A stretch of DNA of 64,000 nucleotides from Octopus sinensis (Eukaryota): the NCBI RefSeq assembly GCF_006345805.1, contig NC_043019.1, positions 9,051,360 through 9,115,359 on the forward strand, read 5' to 3'. This document shows positions 40,320 to 55,061 of this stretch, one piece after another. A model generated the notes under the pieces. The model did no database searches and was not told the DNA's origin. It worked only from the letters and a program-made list of their open reading frames with translations. Both the position numbers and the translations under genes were made by a program. Numbering within the stretch: the first letter of the stretch is position 1; each line of letters begins with the position of its first letter.

Positions 40320-40470
40320 TTTTGGCACAAGAACAGAGGGGGCAGGGAGGGGGAGGGTGCGATCACATCGTCGCCTTGGCCCCAAAGGATGAAAGGATAA
40401 AACTCAAAGACGGAAATTGAACTCGGAACATAAAGAGCGACGAGATGCCTATCAGCATTTTGTCCGGCAA
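40320..40470 (-). mobile_element. SINE family A, decayed
   Basis: 'aaaggatgaaagg...ggaaattgaactcggaac..aaagagc'. Confidence 0.55.
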
Positions 40471-40489
40471 CATTTTAAACTGAAATATT

Positions 40490-41520
40490 AAATACACTCG
40501 TTCATATTTGTATGATTGAGAATTCGGAAGAGGGAACTTTCGCTTCCCAGATCAGAACTATAGGGCAAGATCCTGTTCAATGCACTTTTCCCACAATTGT
40601 CTAATAGTAATGATACAAACAATTGTGCTCCTGGAGGAGCGAAAACCACGTTGAGAGTCAGACACCATATTTGGAACAATGAAGGTATACAAACGTTCTA
40701 ACAGAATGCGGGTAAATACTTTTCCAACTACAGACAAAAGCCAAATCCCAAGAAAGTTACCACACAGATCCTTCGGCCCCGATCTTTTCAAGGAGACTAA
40801 AATGGCATAAAAACCAGTCTTGAGGCACTTCCTCAGTTCTCCAACAGTGAAACATTAATATATTTAAGCGTTCAAACATTTTGTCACCTTAATTATTTCT
40901 GGATTTCTGCATAGATTCCATCAGACCCTGGAGACCTATTGATATTCAGCTTATTCACAACTGAATAAATGTCATTTGGAGGCGGTTAAATGTCATCTCC
41001 TCTATAACTGGAAGGTGTTCGATCTTTTCTATCATCCTCATGTCAACGGATGGTGGTCGATTCAAAAGTTCAGAAAAAGGTTATACGAAGTGCTTATGAA
41101 GAGAAGCGGTGCCAGTCAAAAGCAAATGCCTATTTGCTGTTCTCACTGGAGCTATTGAAGATTTTGGGCAATATACTTCCTTAACATAACCTTTGGCATC
41201 ATTTCTATCAGTTGCTTCTTGCGCCGCTTTTGCTCTGTCATTCCAGCAATCCTGTTTAATTTTCCTTAGAGCTGCACTTCCCCGTTCAGCTTCCTGTAAG
41301 CTTTGTTTGAGTTGGAGTTCAAGGATTAAGAAAGAAGTGTATTATCTAAGTTTTTTTGGTTTTTTTCCTAAAATTAGATCATGAATTTCTGCTGATCTGT
41401 CTGGGAACCGGTCACTGGATTTACGCGATTTAAATCCCACTAAAGGACTTGCGGCCTGAAATACTTTGGTTTTGGAATCTTCTCATTTGCATCAAGATTG
41501 ATGCTTTCTATAGCATCGTG
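40490..41520 (-). mobile_element. RTE-clade LINE fragment (EN-RT linker and RT start)
   Basis: GFKSRK..F, KIKQDCWNDRAKAAQEATDRNDAKG..KEVYCP; CGNFLGIWLLSVVGKVFTRILLERL..SDSQRGFRSSRST..IITIRQLWEKCIEQ. Confidence 0.85.
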
Positions 41521-41645
41521 AAATTTTTGCAAGTTGCTTGGTAATTTGAAGTTTGCAACATTTTATTTTTTCGGTACCTTAGGACCAAACTGTCGAATTT
41601 TACCCTCCATAAATCCTAAATTATATTTTAGAATTTATGGGAGCA

Positions 41646-41888
41646 TCTGTCTTTGAAGACTCATATTGTCATAGAATGCTTGAAATGAGGAGTAGATGGA
41701 CAGCCGACAACTGATGGAGGGTCCTTTCTCTGTGTTTACTTGTCCTGTTTTCCATTTTTTCTGTCGTTGTTTACGTATTTCATGTTGTTCCCACAGTTGG
41801 TGACGTCCTGTACCCGTATATGCATATATATATATATTATCTATTTATTATTATTATGTAATTGAACGCCACGCATACATTTCCAAGT
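41646..41888 (+). mobile_element. PLE-tail-like repeat, copy 2 of 3, with decayed HHR
   Basis: 'ctgtc.ttgaagactcat..atgcttgaaatgaggagtagatggacag': remnants of stem I (ctgtc/gacag) and a core; downstream matches 908-1140. Confidence 0.65.
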
Positions 41889-41897
41889 GTATATATA

Positions 41898-41942
<45 letters not shown>

Positions 41943-43296
41943 TGTGTGTGTGTGAATATATATTACATACACATAGTCATACATATATATGTGCGAGGGT
42001 GTATTTGTGTCTATCTGTGTGCTTGTGTGTAATAAAACTATAAACACATACGTGTGTGTTTTGCATAAATACTTCAACAGGGATAGCGGCCCAGCCTCTA
42101 AAATTCGGTGAATGGCTGTTTGCTGACGACCGTGAAAGACGGATGCAAGATATAAGCATTTATCGATCAATTCTGCATGGCCTTCGTCATAGATTCTTAA
42201 TCTATGAAAACCACTCACAGAGGGTGACTCTAAAACTTAGCAAGAATTGTTTTTAGGCTTGTTCATGAGAACAAGGAGTGACTTCAAGAAATAAGAACAA
42301 AATCTGCGTTGAAATAAAACGTTAAGTAAATAGGACAAACACCCCTAACGTTCGTGGCTATAATTACGGTGCGTTGGACTCGAATTGGATGCTTCGTTTT
42401 AGATTTGCTTCGCTTCGCATCCCTTAAATATTGAATATTCTGATACACACAGTCGCGCCAGCATACACACACACACACACACATATAATATACATTGATA
42501 TATATATATACGTCAGTTATATATACATAAATGCATATATATATATATGCATATACATGCGTATATATATATATATATGAATATATGCGTATATATATAT
42601 ATATATATATATACACTCACACACACACATATATTTATATGCATATATACTTATATATGTGTATATACGTGTATATATATTTTTAGACAGACACAACGCC
42701 AAGTCATAATCAATGATTAATCGAACTAGTGTTTAACCTATTACACTTGTGATAAACTAAGTGGAAACACTGATAAAATACATTGAGCACATACATATGT
42801 GTGTGTGTGCATGTGTATGTTTATATATATATATATAAATATAGATAGATAGATGCATACATACATACATATACACTGATGCATATATACTTGCATAGGT
42901 ACAGAGATATGCACAAACAGGGTGAAAACCGAATAGCTATTATGTGTGGTCATAAGAAGTGGAGTTAGTTTATTCTGTAACCCCTTATCTTGTGCCAATC
43001 GCATATCGTTTATCAAACGATATTAGTGGAAATAATGGCGAAGCTACGCTGCATGAAAGATAAGAGATTTTCCTGGTCTTCTACTGAAACAATTTGTCAT
43101 ATTAGCAAATTAGAAAGTTTGATTAGACAAATTAATTAATATTCAGTAACACAGAAGCACACAGACGCACAGACACAAGCACACCCATAAAGATATAAAG
43201 AGAGAGAGAGAGATACACAAATCTAGTTGAATTTGATTGTGTGCGTTTGTGTCTGTGCATGTGTCAGTACGTGTGTTTCTATGCGTACAGGCTCGG

Positions 43297-43330
<34 letters not shown>

Positions 43331-44009
43331 ACTCACACGCACACAATCACACTATAAGGTCCCGGATACGAGTACACTTTCAGGCACGGGTAATCCTTAC
43401 CCGTGAAGTATTCGCATCCACCCACATCCGTACGATCGTCCACATATACAAACATACCCACCATCACACCACGGAGCCAAACATTTCGTCCCTTTGCCAT
43501 CGTGCACACACAGCTAAAGCTCTCAGATGCGTAGACACGTCGGTAAGCTTAACATTAAGTGATTTAAGTTAACCGTGGAACTCAGCACCAAATCAAACAT
43601 CCTCGTACACTCCCTCTGCTGAGATAAGTCGTCCACAGAGCGGATCATATGGGAGGTATTTAACTGCAAGTGTCTAAAATCGCCATAGCAGGCGTTGTTA
43701 TCCATGGAGTAGCCAACGTCCAAGCTGTAATACAGATAATCTTAATACTACGTGAAATATGCTTCATCTTAGTCGTACGGTTATTCAATATTCCACTAGG
43801 AAGTCCCGAAGACAGTATGGCTGCGGTACACAGATTCGTGGGAGCAATGGCAGCGGTGTAAATGCAGAAAATGAAAAGAAGCGTTAAAGTTCTTATCCTT
43901 TCAACTCACTTCTACAAAACATTACAAATAATTGTCAATTATTGGTGCATTATCATCATTTTCGCTGTTCATTGTCAGGATTATTATATGGATTATTCAT
44001 TGTCAGGAT

Positions 44010-44215
44010 TATTATTTTTTCTCTCTCCTTTTTTCTCTCCTTTTTTCTCTCCTGTTTTTTCTCTCCTTGTTTCTCTCCCTGTTTCTTTCTGTGTCCGTTT
44101 CAGTAGAAGAGCGTAGGCTCGAAACGTAAACGACTTTTTCTATTCCTGAGCGTTATACTAATACATCTGTTTGTTTCGTACACCACTTGTCTTCGTCTTT
44201 TGATTTTTTTTTTTT
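44010..44215 (+). mobile_element. PLE-tail repeat with decayed minimal HHR (44096-44132), preceded by ~12-bp 'ttttttctctcc' tandem units
   Basis: CAGTAGA-A-GAGC-GTAG-GCTC-GAAACGT. Downstream 'ctgagcgttatactaatac' is shared with the 545-790 element. Confidence 0.6.
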
Positions 44216-47200
44216 TTTTTGTAAACTCTCCTTATTATATGCGACCTGTTGATCTTTCTGTGTTATTATAATAATCCCCAACTTCACACTGTCATTTTCT
44301 GAAAACAGAATTATGTTCATATCAGCAACAGTGAGAATTCTCCCACTAAGGAGTTGAAACCGGATGTCCTGGTCTATGTAGAGCGGTGTCGCTACATTCT
44401 TGCGTCTCAAAGAATTTTTCATAAGATGTAATGTCCGACAAGCTGAGACAATGTGCGGTATTGTTTCAGGAAGTAAACTAGACAGTCAACGTTTGAAACT
44501 TGTGTTATATTAATCACAGATTTTCTTTTCATTGTGTCTGACATTGAATGCAAATTTCCGTATCACAAATCTTCAATTCTATCATTTCATGGTGGATATC
44601 ATTGCCTAAGTTACTGTTACTATGCATAAATTCACACACGCATACGTACAAAGCATACATAGGAATATGCATATATCCATACACACACACACATACACAC
44701 ACGCACACACACACTCACACAGACAAAAAGGAGAAAACAAACGGCGTTTAAAATGTACAACAGCTGTTTCGGTAGATTTGCAGAATGTTACTCGTGTATG
44801 CTGTATCCTGTCTTGTTTACCTCACTGAGAACACTACGCTATCGTACCTACCCATTTCTAGCGACCTACGTGTTGATGTGCCTAGCTTTTATTGAATTTC
44901 TATAACTAATTTATATCCATATAGAGCTAGATAGACAAACAGACAGATTGATAGACGTTTAAAAGGATATACGTAAATACATACGCATATTTATATGCTT
45001 ATGTATTTATCTGTATATATGTATGTATATATATATATGTACATATATATACATATATATACATATGTATATACATATAGATGTATATATATACATATAT
45101 ACACACACACATGTATATATATATATGTATACATGCTTATGAATTAAAATATGCACAATCACATGCATTTTCATACATACGTACATACATACATAAATAC
45201 ATGCATGCATACATACATACATACATACATGCATGCATACATACATACATACATACATACATACATACGTAGGTACGTACATATATACATGCACACATAC
45301 ATATGAGGGAGGTGACCGTATGGTTAGTAGAAGTAACGGCCGTATGAAAGTGAGTAATGAAGGTCGTTCAACCTGGACAGTTTCTATGTTATGTGGACTT
45401 CAATATTTTCTACTTACTTTCGTATAAGAAATTTGTTCACGGAATCAAATTTGGGCTGGCATTTTGTAGCAACTTCATTAATAATCGATTTTCTACGCGT
45501 TATGCAATCATAATTAACGGTGGTTGGTATCTATCAACCTTTAGTAATAAAAAAGTAAAGCAATATATATCAATATATGCTTATTGACTCTAGGTAAACA
45601 CCTCTTTTTCTTTACTCAGTATCCGCCATTTTTGTCTGTGTCATATTTTACAGTCGATTGCTACAGCCTGCTCTATGGGTATTTTAAAGCCCATGCTGTC
45701 ACCACAAAATCATGTAAACATTGGGACACTGTATTTTGTTATGCAAGCACAACGTACTTCCAATTATGTTAAAGGCTTCTAAGTCAATGCTGTTTTAGCA
45801 GTGAGAATCAAAGAGTTTTTCAACATTTCTCTACAGATTTTCTAAGAAATTTAGAGCCAGCACAGAATGTTAAGACCTTTCATATACGAATATGTCTATG
45901 TAAGCAATGCAACTGAAGACGGAAAAAATGGGTGATGGGTGTATATCCATATTTCAGCAGTTGTTGATGGTTCATGGTTGGTTAATGGCTACCATGTGGT
46001 GCTGAGGAAGGTGTAGAACTCCAAAAACAGGCATAAACACTCATCGCCTATTTTTCTATCATCGACCACATTGTTTACATAGACGTATTTGTATATGAAA
46101 CGTCGTAACTTTCAGTTCCGGCTCTAATTTCTCTATAGAAATACATTCTGATGAGTGGAAGGCCTAATTACTTGTAAAACAGAATGAATCTAGAGAATTG
46201 TCAGAACAGAACCAAAGACCTGGATACAACATGGATAGGCTACAGGAAAACAATAGGAAGTGTCCCACATCAGATCACATATATGGTAATCCGAAGATCA
46301 TTGAGTGAGTATCTATATACACCGCAACTCTCGAAGCAAGTCACTTAAAAACAGAATTTAGCTGCAAATCACCGTGATTTCATAATTAGTGCAGTATTAC
46401 ACGTTTTAATCTTCAGTGCAAGCATAATTTAATATTTATAACGAATGAACAAAATCAACATACCAGACGAACAACTAATGTATCCAACGCAGCATATAGA
46501 AATCTTCACCCTATATAAATCTATGTAAATGGCGGGCTTTTTCGAATTGCATTTCGGTAACAACGTGCTTATTCAGAATAAAAATTCAGTACTGAATATA
46601 CTCCGGTTTAATTTACAATTTCAAAATAGGATAAAATCTCTATAAGAATTTATCAAGTAGTTAGCGTGAAAAACCTCATAAGAGAAAAAATTCACCAATT
46701 TTTTCACTTAAATATATTTATTTATATTATATAGAGGGCATTACTATACATAAATGCCACACGCTAGGAGGGTCTCTTAAAGTCAAATCTACCAAAATAA
46801 ATAAACACATCGTTTATATATAAATGTGTGCGCGCACGCGTTCATGTGTGCATACGTACGTATGTACATAGGTAGATAAGTATGTTTGTAGACAGTAAAG
46901 TAGCGATATAGGTAGATGTGTAGGTATATAAATATGTATATGCATGTATGTGTATATCTATGGATATATGAACTGGTGTTTGGATACAAAGAATTACATT
47001 TATATATTCCAGTAACCTGAACTATTTCACGAATCGTAACACTTCAAATAAGTCCGTTAATTATTGACAATCATTTTAGATGGGTTTTTTTCCAAATAGC
47101 AGAAGTCACAATTAGCCACAAGTAAAACATGGCGTCAACATTCACAACATCATTTTCATTGCAAGTTTTAATGTTTACATATATACATAGATATATACAG

Positions 47201-48177
47201 ACATACATACACACGTACATACATACAGAGGGAAAGCGTGTCGAAATATAATGCATTTTGACACGTATCATCAAAGCATTTCCCATTATAATGAAGATAA
47301 ATATTGCATGTTTGCGCTTCTGTCTGTTTAATAGCTTTTGTTAAGTATAGATATTTCAGCAGTAATCATATATATATATATATATATATGTATGTACATA
47401 TATATATTATATATAATTATATATATATTATATATATAATATATATATATATTATATATATATATATATATATAGTATTATATATCTATCTATCTATCTA
47501 TATATATATATATAATCTATATATATATATATATATATATGTGGTGTGTGTGGTTGTGTGTATGTATTTATGTATGTATATGTATATATATATATATATA
47601 TGTTTATATATATATATATATATATGATATATCTGCACAGACACTCACACACAAACACACACATATATATATAGTTATATAGACCTGAGTGTGTGAGCGC
47701 ACCTTTATAATGTGTTATGGTTTCGATGAAATATGTACAACCATATAAATAGGGTCGGCCGCCCCCTAGCGTGTGCGGATGTACTTCATATATGCGTTTG
47801 AGGGCCTAAAAGAGAGAGTTTGCAGATATGTGCTTATGTGCGCCTTTTGTAGGGAGAGCGAAATTCAAGAAAGCATGAAGATCAAAAACAATTTATTGAA
47901 GCAAGAATAAAAGGAATGAAATTGTTCCATTGGAAATGGTGATGCGATTGTATTTGGAAGTTTTAATTATACATGCTTACATTGGAATATAGATTTGTGT
48001 ACATGTAAGAGGTGTGTACGAATGATATTATATATTTATATATTTATGAACATATATAAATGTTTATAATATATATATATATATATATAATATTATATAT
48101 ATATTCACTTGTGTATTCATAAGTGTATTTATATATGTTTTATGTATTGTGCTTCTTTATACATAAAGGTGTAATTA

Positions 48178-48228
<51 letters not shown>

Positions 48229-48799
48229 TATATATATATATATATTATATATATATATATATATATAAATTACTAGGCTGAATTATAATTTTTATTACAC
48301 GAAATGGAGAAACAAAATTTTTAAGGAAAAAAACGGAAAATTATCTGATTTCTGTTTCATGTTTATGAAATAGATTTTGGTTGTTTTATGCATTTCCAAA
48401 TGAAAAAAATAAATATAATTATGACTTTTTACTTTTGTTGCATTTTATCTTTTTCGATTTCTTTTAAAACATATACACACCAGTTTCTCATTCTATTTAC
48501 ATATTAGTTTGGTTAGTTTTTTTCATTCTAAATAAAAGATAAGCAGCTATGAACATTCATTATAGGAGAAAATATATATCTGCGAGTGATAAGTTGCGAG
48601 TAAAATGTATTTTCTTAAACTTGCATAGAAATGCATCTAGGTCAGTGTTTTACATGCAAACAGATTCCAGTTTCTTTGCATGCAATTTCATATCGCAAAC
48701 GTTAAGGGCTGTAAGTAACATTCAATGTTAAATGGCAGACATGCATGGGTGCAATCATATATATATATGTGTGTGTGTGTGTGTGTTTGAATGTATATA

Positions 48800-48830
<31 letters not shown>

Positions 48831-48913
48831 CTATCTATATACATACATATACATACATTTATATATATGCATACATATGTACATATACATATATATATAT
48901 ATAATATATATAT

Positions 48914-48950
<37 letters not shown>

Positions 48951-49054
48951 TTGAATGTATATATCTCTCTCTATATATATATATATAGGTAGATAGGTGA
49001 GTATAGACACACACACACTGATATATATATATATATACATATATATGTGTATGT

Positions 49055-49101
<47 letters not shown>

Positions 49102-50299
49102 TGCATTATACAGACATATATATACATCCCTACGTATATATGTATATATACATGCATATATGGGTACAGGGCGTGAAAAAAACGTGAGCAAAATGAGAAA
49201 TGAAAACATAAAAATCAAAAACACATGAAACGAACAAAATACTTCACTGCAAATAAACACATTACTGCTCTATGGTTTAGAGTATAGTTCTTTTTCGGAT
49301 ATATGAGGGAAACAAACTTTGGAGTAAGCTTTGAAGTTTGTTTTTAGATATATATATGAAATAATATCTACATACTTCTACATCACAATACAAACTCACG
49401 TACAAAATAATCCCATCCAATGTGCAAGTTCGTTCCCTTATCAGTGCATCAACTGAATGACAAGATAGAGCGATAAAGAATTATTTGCCAGAGAAATACT
49501 GAGAACATATTTAAGGCCTGCAACCGATCAATTGCTACCAAAATATCTTCCTTTCCGTTTGGATATGCAAATTCTAACGTAGGAAAATCAACCACGAAAT
49601 TGATAGCTCTGGGCAATTGCCCTCTAAGCCATTATAAAATTACCAAGGAGAGCGTTTAGTCGGAGTCTGTGAACCAAATTGTCTTTGTTCTTTTAATAAC
49701 GTGGTTTAAGCAACTCTATAAATGACGTTGTACTTGGAACTCATCTGAACGGACTACGACCGGAAGAGTGTGAAAAAAATTCGAGCATATCCAGGGGTTG
49801 TCGACTGCATTAATTTATTTGCTACTTTTTTTGCAAGAGAATATAATGTGCTTCTGACTAGAAACAGAAAGACTAAAATATCAAGATAAGTTATTCTAAA
49901 TATTTCAAATGAATATAACGTTGAAATAAAATCTAATTTCCACATCTTTGCCCAATGTAAAGCCACGTAGTAGATGTATGTGATGGAGCTAAAAAGAAGA
50001 AAAGAATGAAAATTATTCGCTTCTTTTCTTTTCGTTTTTTACTTGGAAGAAGAAAGAAAATGAAAATGGATGAGTGAAGTGGAAAACAAGCGAGACATTC
50101 GATAATATTGAAGAAAGTAGGTGTAAAAAGCAGAAGTATGACATCATTTGAATCGACCGAATGATATCAGCAGCTGAGTCATGAAATTCAATCTATGATG
50201 AAGAAGAAACCGAAAAACGTCAACAAAATTTGTGATGGAAAAATACAATAATAAACAGTGATAAAAGTCTTTAGGAAGCAATGAAGCTAATAATAAGAA

Positions 50300-51430
50300 T
50301 CTTCGCATCAAATAATGTTAGCAAATACAAAGACGGTAATAGGCATTATGAAGGCAAAAATAATGAGAAAAGATCGAAATAATACTACTCGTACTTCTTC
50401 TACAAGATAACGACTGATTGTAATCAAAGAGAACGTCATCGAAATGATCAAAGTTAAAAATTGTGTTGCGGAAAGAGATTCTTCACCATAAATATCCAAC
50501 ATAAAAATGGAAAAAAAAAAAAAAAGAAGTTTGAAAAAGAACAAAAGTCCAAGAACAGATGACATTGCAGCTGATCTTGGTGAACTGAGGATGAAGCCCT
50601 GCTGAATTTATTACACTGTCTGTACAGAAAAGTATGGAACTAAAATTTAAGTTGGTAGGATTGTTGAAATCAATTTTCATTGCATTGCGAAAAAAAAAAC
50701 GAAAGAATGCGAAGCAGCAAATACAGAACAATTCCGCTGAAAAATCACCTTCTTTACAAGAATATAATAAGGAATAAGAAATGGGAATATCAGAACATGT
50801 GAGTTCTAACATCCTAAAAAAAAAACAAGAAATCTATTGTTAATCTTAAGATGTCTATTAAAACAACTAGAAACCATTAATGGTAAGTTAGACTCTCGAG
50901 AAGTTTTTCATGCAGTTATTGAAGACAGATACTTAAAAGTGAAGGAACAAATAGGAATTCTTCCAATAATTTATAGAATTATTAATATCAATTTATTGTC
51001 AGAAATATGTCAAAAATAATAAGATTCACACAGTAATTTAAATTTGAGGCGGGTGAAGAGCAAGGGTAGAGCTGCTCTCTTCTATTTAACATGTATGCAA
51101 AAATTAATACGAAGAAAGCTCTAGAAGAGGTTGAACGTAGAGTAAAATCCGTGAAATAATGGTCAAGAATCTCAGATATATTGATGCTGAATTCTAACAG
51201 GTAACTTAGAATTGGGTAGACCTATGCAAAAAGCGAAAGAAAAGGAAATAATATAATACGTTTATGAATTTACACAAAACTGGATTTATGCTTACCGCAG
51301 GAACACATCAATATAATCCTATAATGTTTAATAATCAAATTGTCAGATTATTTACGTCACGTGATATTTTGAATGTATTATTAGACAATGAAGTGAGAGA
51401 AAAGAGGAAATTTAAAAGCAAAACACGACT
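50300..51430 (+). mobile_element. Decayed RTE-clade LINE RT fragment
   Basis: LFNMYA (51082-51099) and VKNLRYIDA (51162-51188; YADD region). The outer boundaries are uncertain. Confidence 0.55.
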
Positions 51431-51462
51431 GGAAACATCCATCAATAAATAAATAAACTATA

Positions 51463-51858
51463 CTCTTTCTCTTTTACTCTTTTACTTGTTTCAGTCATCT
51501 GACTGCGGCCATGCTGGAGCACCGCCTTTTGTCGAGCAAATCGATCCCGGGACTTATTCTTTGTAAGCCCAGTACTTATTCTATCGGTCTCTTTTGCCGA
51601 ACCGCTAAGTTACGGGGACGTAAAGACACCAGCATCGGTTGTCAAGCAATGCTAGGGGGACAAACACAGACACACAAACACACATACACACACACACATA
51701 TATATATACATATATACGTCCACCAAATCCACTCACAAGGCATTGGTCGGCCCGGGGCTATAGCAGAAGACACTTGCCCAAGATGCCACGCAGTGGGACT
51801 GAACCCGGAACCATGTGGTTGGTTAGCAAGCTACTTACCACACAGCCACTCCTGCGCC
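51463..51858 (-). mobile_element. tRNA-derived SINE family B, full length
   Basis: Head GGCGCAGGAGTGGCTGTGTGG (A-box-like)...GGTTCAGTCCC (B-box-like), core, internal (TG/TA)n, tail ending (agagtaaa)n. May correspond to a described octopus OR/OK SINE; name not verified. Confidence 0.9.
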
Positions 51859-52618
51859 TATGTTAATATTGCTTCAATGTTTGATATTTCATGAAACAAC
51901 AGAGGTGTGCAAATGCTGAACTCTTAAAAGCAGGTACCAAAACGGTGGAGAGGTCCTAAAACTGGAGTTGAATAAGAAAACTACAAAGTAATGGAACAGA
52001 AAAACGAAATATGCGTTGGATCCAATTGGAAATATCGAAACTTCGAAAACAAAAAAAATGCTGGAACCGCAAATCACTTCGATATTTTAAGTCTGTGTTA
52101 AGAGTTACTGTTCTCCAAAACTTGTTGTTTACTGAAACATTCTCCGAAAATAACAAAAAAATATGAGAGAAACAATTTAATTGAGAGCATTGCACAGACA
52201 ACAGGATAAAAAAAATTCATGCATTTGCTAGAAAGAGTCGAAGATAGAGATGAATAGGTGTGGGTTGTTGACTGAGCCCGCGACATACAAACAGATGGCT
52301 ATTGAAGATAATAATCAACCCTCATATATATGGTTGCAGTGTGCCACTTGAGATGACAAAGAAGAGAAGAAAAGAGAAATTCGGCAAAGATACAATGCAG
52401 ACAAAAAAAGGAACAACGACGAACTCTGCTCTCCTTCTCAAAGTAGAGAATATAAACACAGGAGGAAACGAAAAATAAGGATGCACAAAAGGACACAAAT
52501 ATATATATTTGTGTCCGACCAGTCCATCAGATGTTGCTATACATCGCTGGTCACAATGCGCTTTGCATTGTTTTAGCCTTCGAATGACGCCACCCCGTTG
52601 GCTAAGCGAGCAGGCCAT

Positions 52619-52670
<52 letters not shown>

Positions 52671-52671
52671 C

Positions 52672-52705
<34 letters not shown>

Positions 52706-53117
52706 ATATATATATATTATATACTTATATATTATACATGTGTGTGTATGTGTGTGTGTGCGCGCGCGTGTGTTACCGATCATCTTCCGATGTTACGCCT
52801 CATTAACATCAGGACAGCTGACAGCAGCCTCTCGGTAGATTTAATATATTTAGATGTTGAATTGGATAATTCTGGTTTTTTCTTCTTTTTTTTCTTCTTC
52901 ATCAAATTCCGTTTATATTTCTTTAATATTCTGTTTTGCATAATTTCGGATGAAACGTTTGCGGCAAGTTTGAAACAATAAAATTTCTAAAAGCAATAAA
53001 CTTATATACTAATACACGAGGAAATCTTTATAAAGCGAACGTCACCTCTATGACTATATACATATAAACGTATGTATATTTATATACACACATATTACAC
53101 ACACACACACACACACA

Positions 53118-53153
<36 letters not shown>

Positions 53154-53320
53154 CATCTTCATCGGTATGTCTTTGCGAAGAAACAGTCACTCTGAATAAT
53201 AAATTATTTTCTATCATCAAGCAACGTTGAGTCCTGTATTTTAAGTATCTTTAGTGCCTTCAAGTACAGAGCTTCTCACATTACTGATACACACACCACA
53301 CACACACACACCACACACAC

Positions 53321-53351
<31 letters not shown>

Positions 53352-54379
53352 ATATATATATATAATATATATATATTATATATATTATATATATACACAT
53401 ATACATATATATGTGGGGGTATATGTATCTATATGTAATGTATGCATACGTATATGTTACGCAAAGCTATGCTGATATCTTCCTAAACGCTGTCGTAAAT
53501 TCTGTAAACCGCTGACATCTCTAACGGTTCTCTGCCTTATCTTTCTCCAACTTGATACTCAGAAATCGTCCCTCTTACCTTATCATCAACTACTAAACAC
53601 AAACGACCCACTTCTACACGAAAACTAAATTCGTACATGTCTACGCACCTGTGTGTGTGTATGTGTGTGTGTGTGTGTTGTGTGCGTGTGTGTGTGTGTG
53701 TGCAAACGCATATAGTTATTATTCGCTACAATGTCAAACGAGATCATTTGTCCTTCGGGGTGTGAATCTTTCAAATATGTTTTCATAATTCCTTTATCTC
53801 TGATATCTTCATCTTGATCAAAGTAGAGTTTAAAGCGAACGTTTGACAAAATTATTTTACAAACGAGACGGCTCTTACAGGTAGGCACTTTACACATATA
53901 TACATTCATACAACATAGATACATACATAGACAGACATACATACACAAACACAGATACAGACAAACACTTACATAAACACACACATACATACATACACGG
54001 GCCACTTGTTGTTGTAAGTAAATGCATAAATGTTAGTTTGGATAAGCTTGGATTTTCAGAAAAATAAAACAAACATTTGATCCGCACATTACAATTATAA
54101 TTTGAAAGTGGAATGGTAAAAATACGCAGGAATTTTCTCGGGTTTCGAATGTGACATTGGTTTCATTATCTACATTCCGATGATGGGTCTTTGTATCTTT
54201 GTTAGAAACCAGCTCCTTCTACTGAGGAACAATTTAAATAATTAAATACAGAAAAGACACATACATACATAATTATACATGCCTACATACATACATACAC
54301 GCACGTATATGTATACATGTATATATATATATATGTGTATATATATATTATATATATATATATATACAAACACAAACAT

Positions 54380-54412
<33 letters not shown>

Positions 54413-54421
54413 TATATAGAT

Positions 54422-54456
<35 letters not shown>

Positions 54457-54525
54457 CTATAATATTTTTCCGAATGAGATAAAAAAAAACAAGGCTGTGA
54501 AGATTTTAGAACATTTATAAATAGG

Positions 54526-54571
54526 TCTTACAGCTGTTTCCAGGATATTTATCATATCCCTTCATCGGAGA
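54526..54571 (-). ncRNA. Minimal type I hammerhead (U4C variant) in a PLE-tail repeat (~54490-54665)
   Basis: TCT-CCGATGA-A-GGGATA-TGATAAA-TATCCT-G-GAAA-C-AGCT-G-T-A-AGA: palindromic ACAGCTGT stem III, GUA site. Confidence 0.6.
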
Positions 54572-54860
54572 AGGTGCGAGAAAATGGTTAAGCAACAGTT
54601 AATTTAGATAAGATATGAAATAGAGAGTGAAGTGGAGGAATGAAAACAGATGTGAGATATGCGGGGATATTGCCTTTGTAGAGCCATTATTTTGGCAGAA
54701 TGCTATACAGATAAGATTCGAATACCTTGTGAGTAAAATTCAATAGCACTTAAAATTGGTCATTCCAAGTATAGAGTTTGTATTCAGTGCTATTGAGTCA
54801 AAGGTTTTATTTAAAAGTGGCAATATTTCTATACTGTCATCCTTTCAAATGATGATTTGT

Positions 54861-55061
54861 CAGAATCTTTGGCATGCCGAGCAAAATGCCTCGTAATATT
54901 TCGTCTGGCTTTACGTCCTGAGTTCAAATTCCTATGAGTTTGACTCTATCTTTCATCATTTCGGGGGCGACAAAATGAATACCTGTTATGCGCTATGGTC
55001 GATTTAATCAACTTACGTCCCCACCCCACACAAAATTGCTAGTCTTGTTCAAAATTTGGAA
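54861..55061 (+). mobile_element. SINE family A, diverged
   Basis: 'gcatgccgagcaaaatgcc..tatttcgtctggctttacgtcctgagttcaaattcc'. Confidence 0.7.

Noticed and set aside
51780-51858. tRNA genes at SINE heads (also 3740-3812, 16734-16815, 62280-62352)
   Set aside because: A and B boxes are present, but acceptor stems do not close and each continues into a SINE body; treated as SINE heads.
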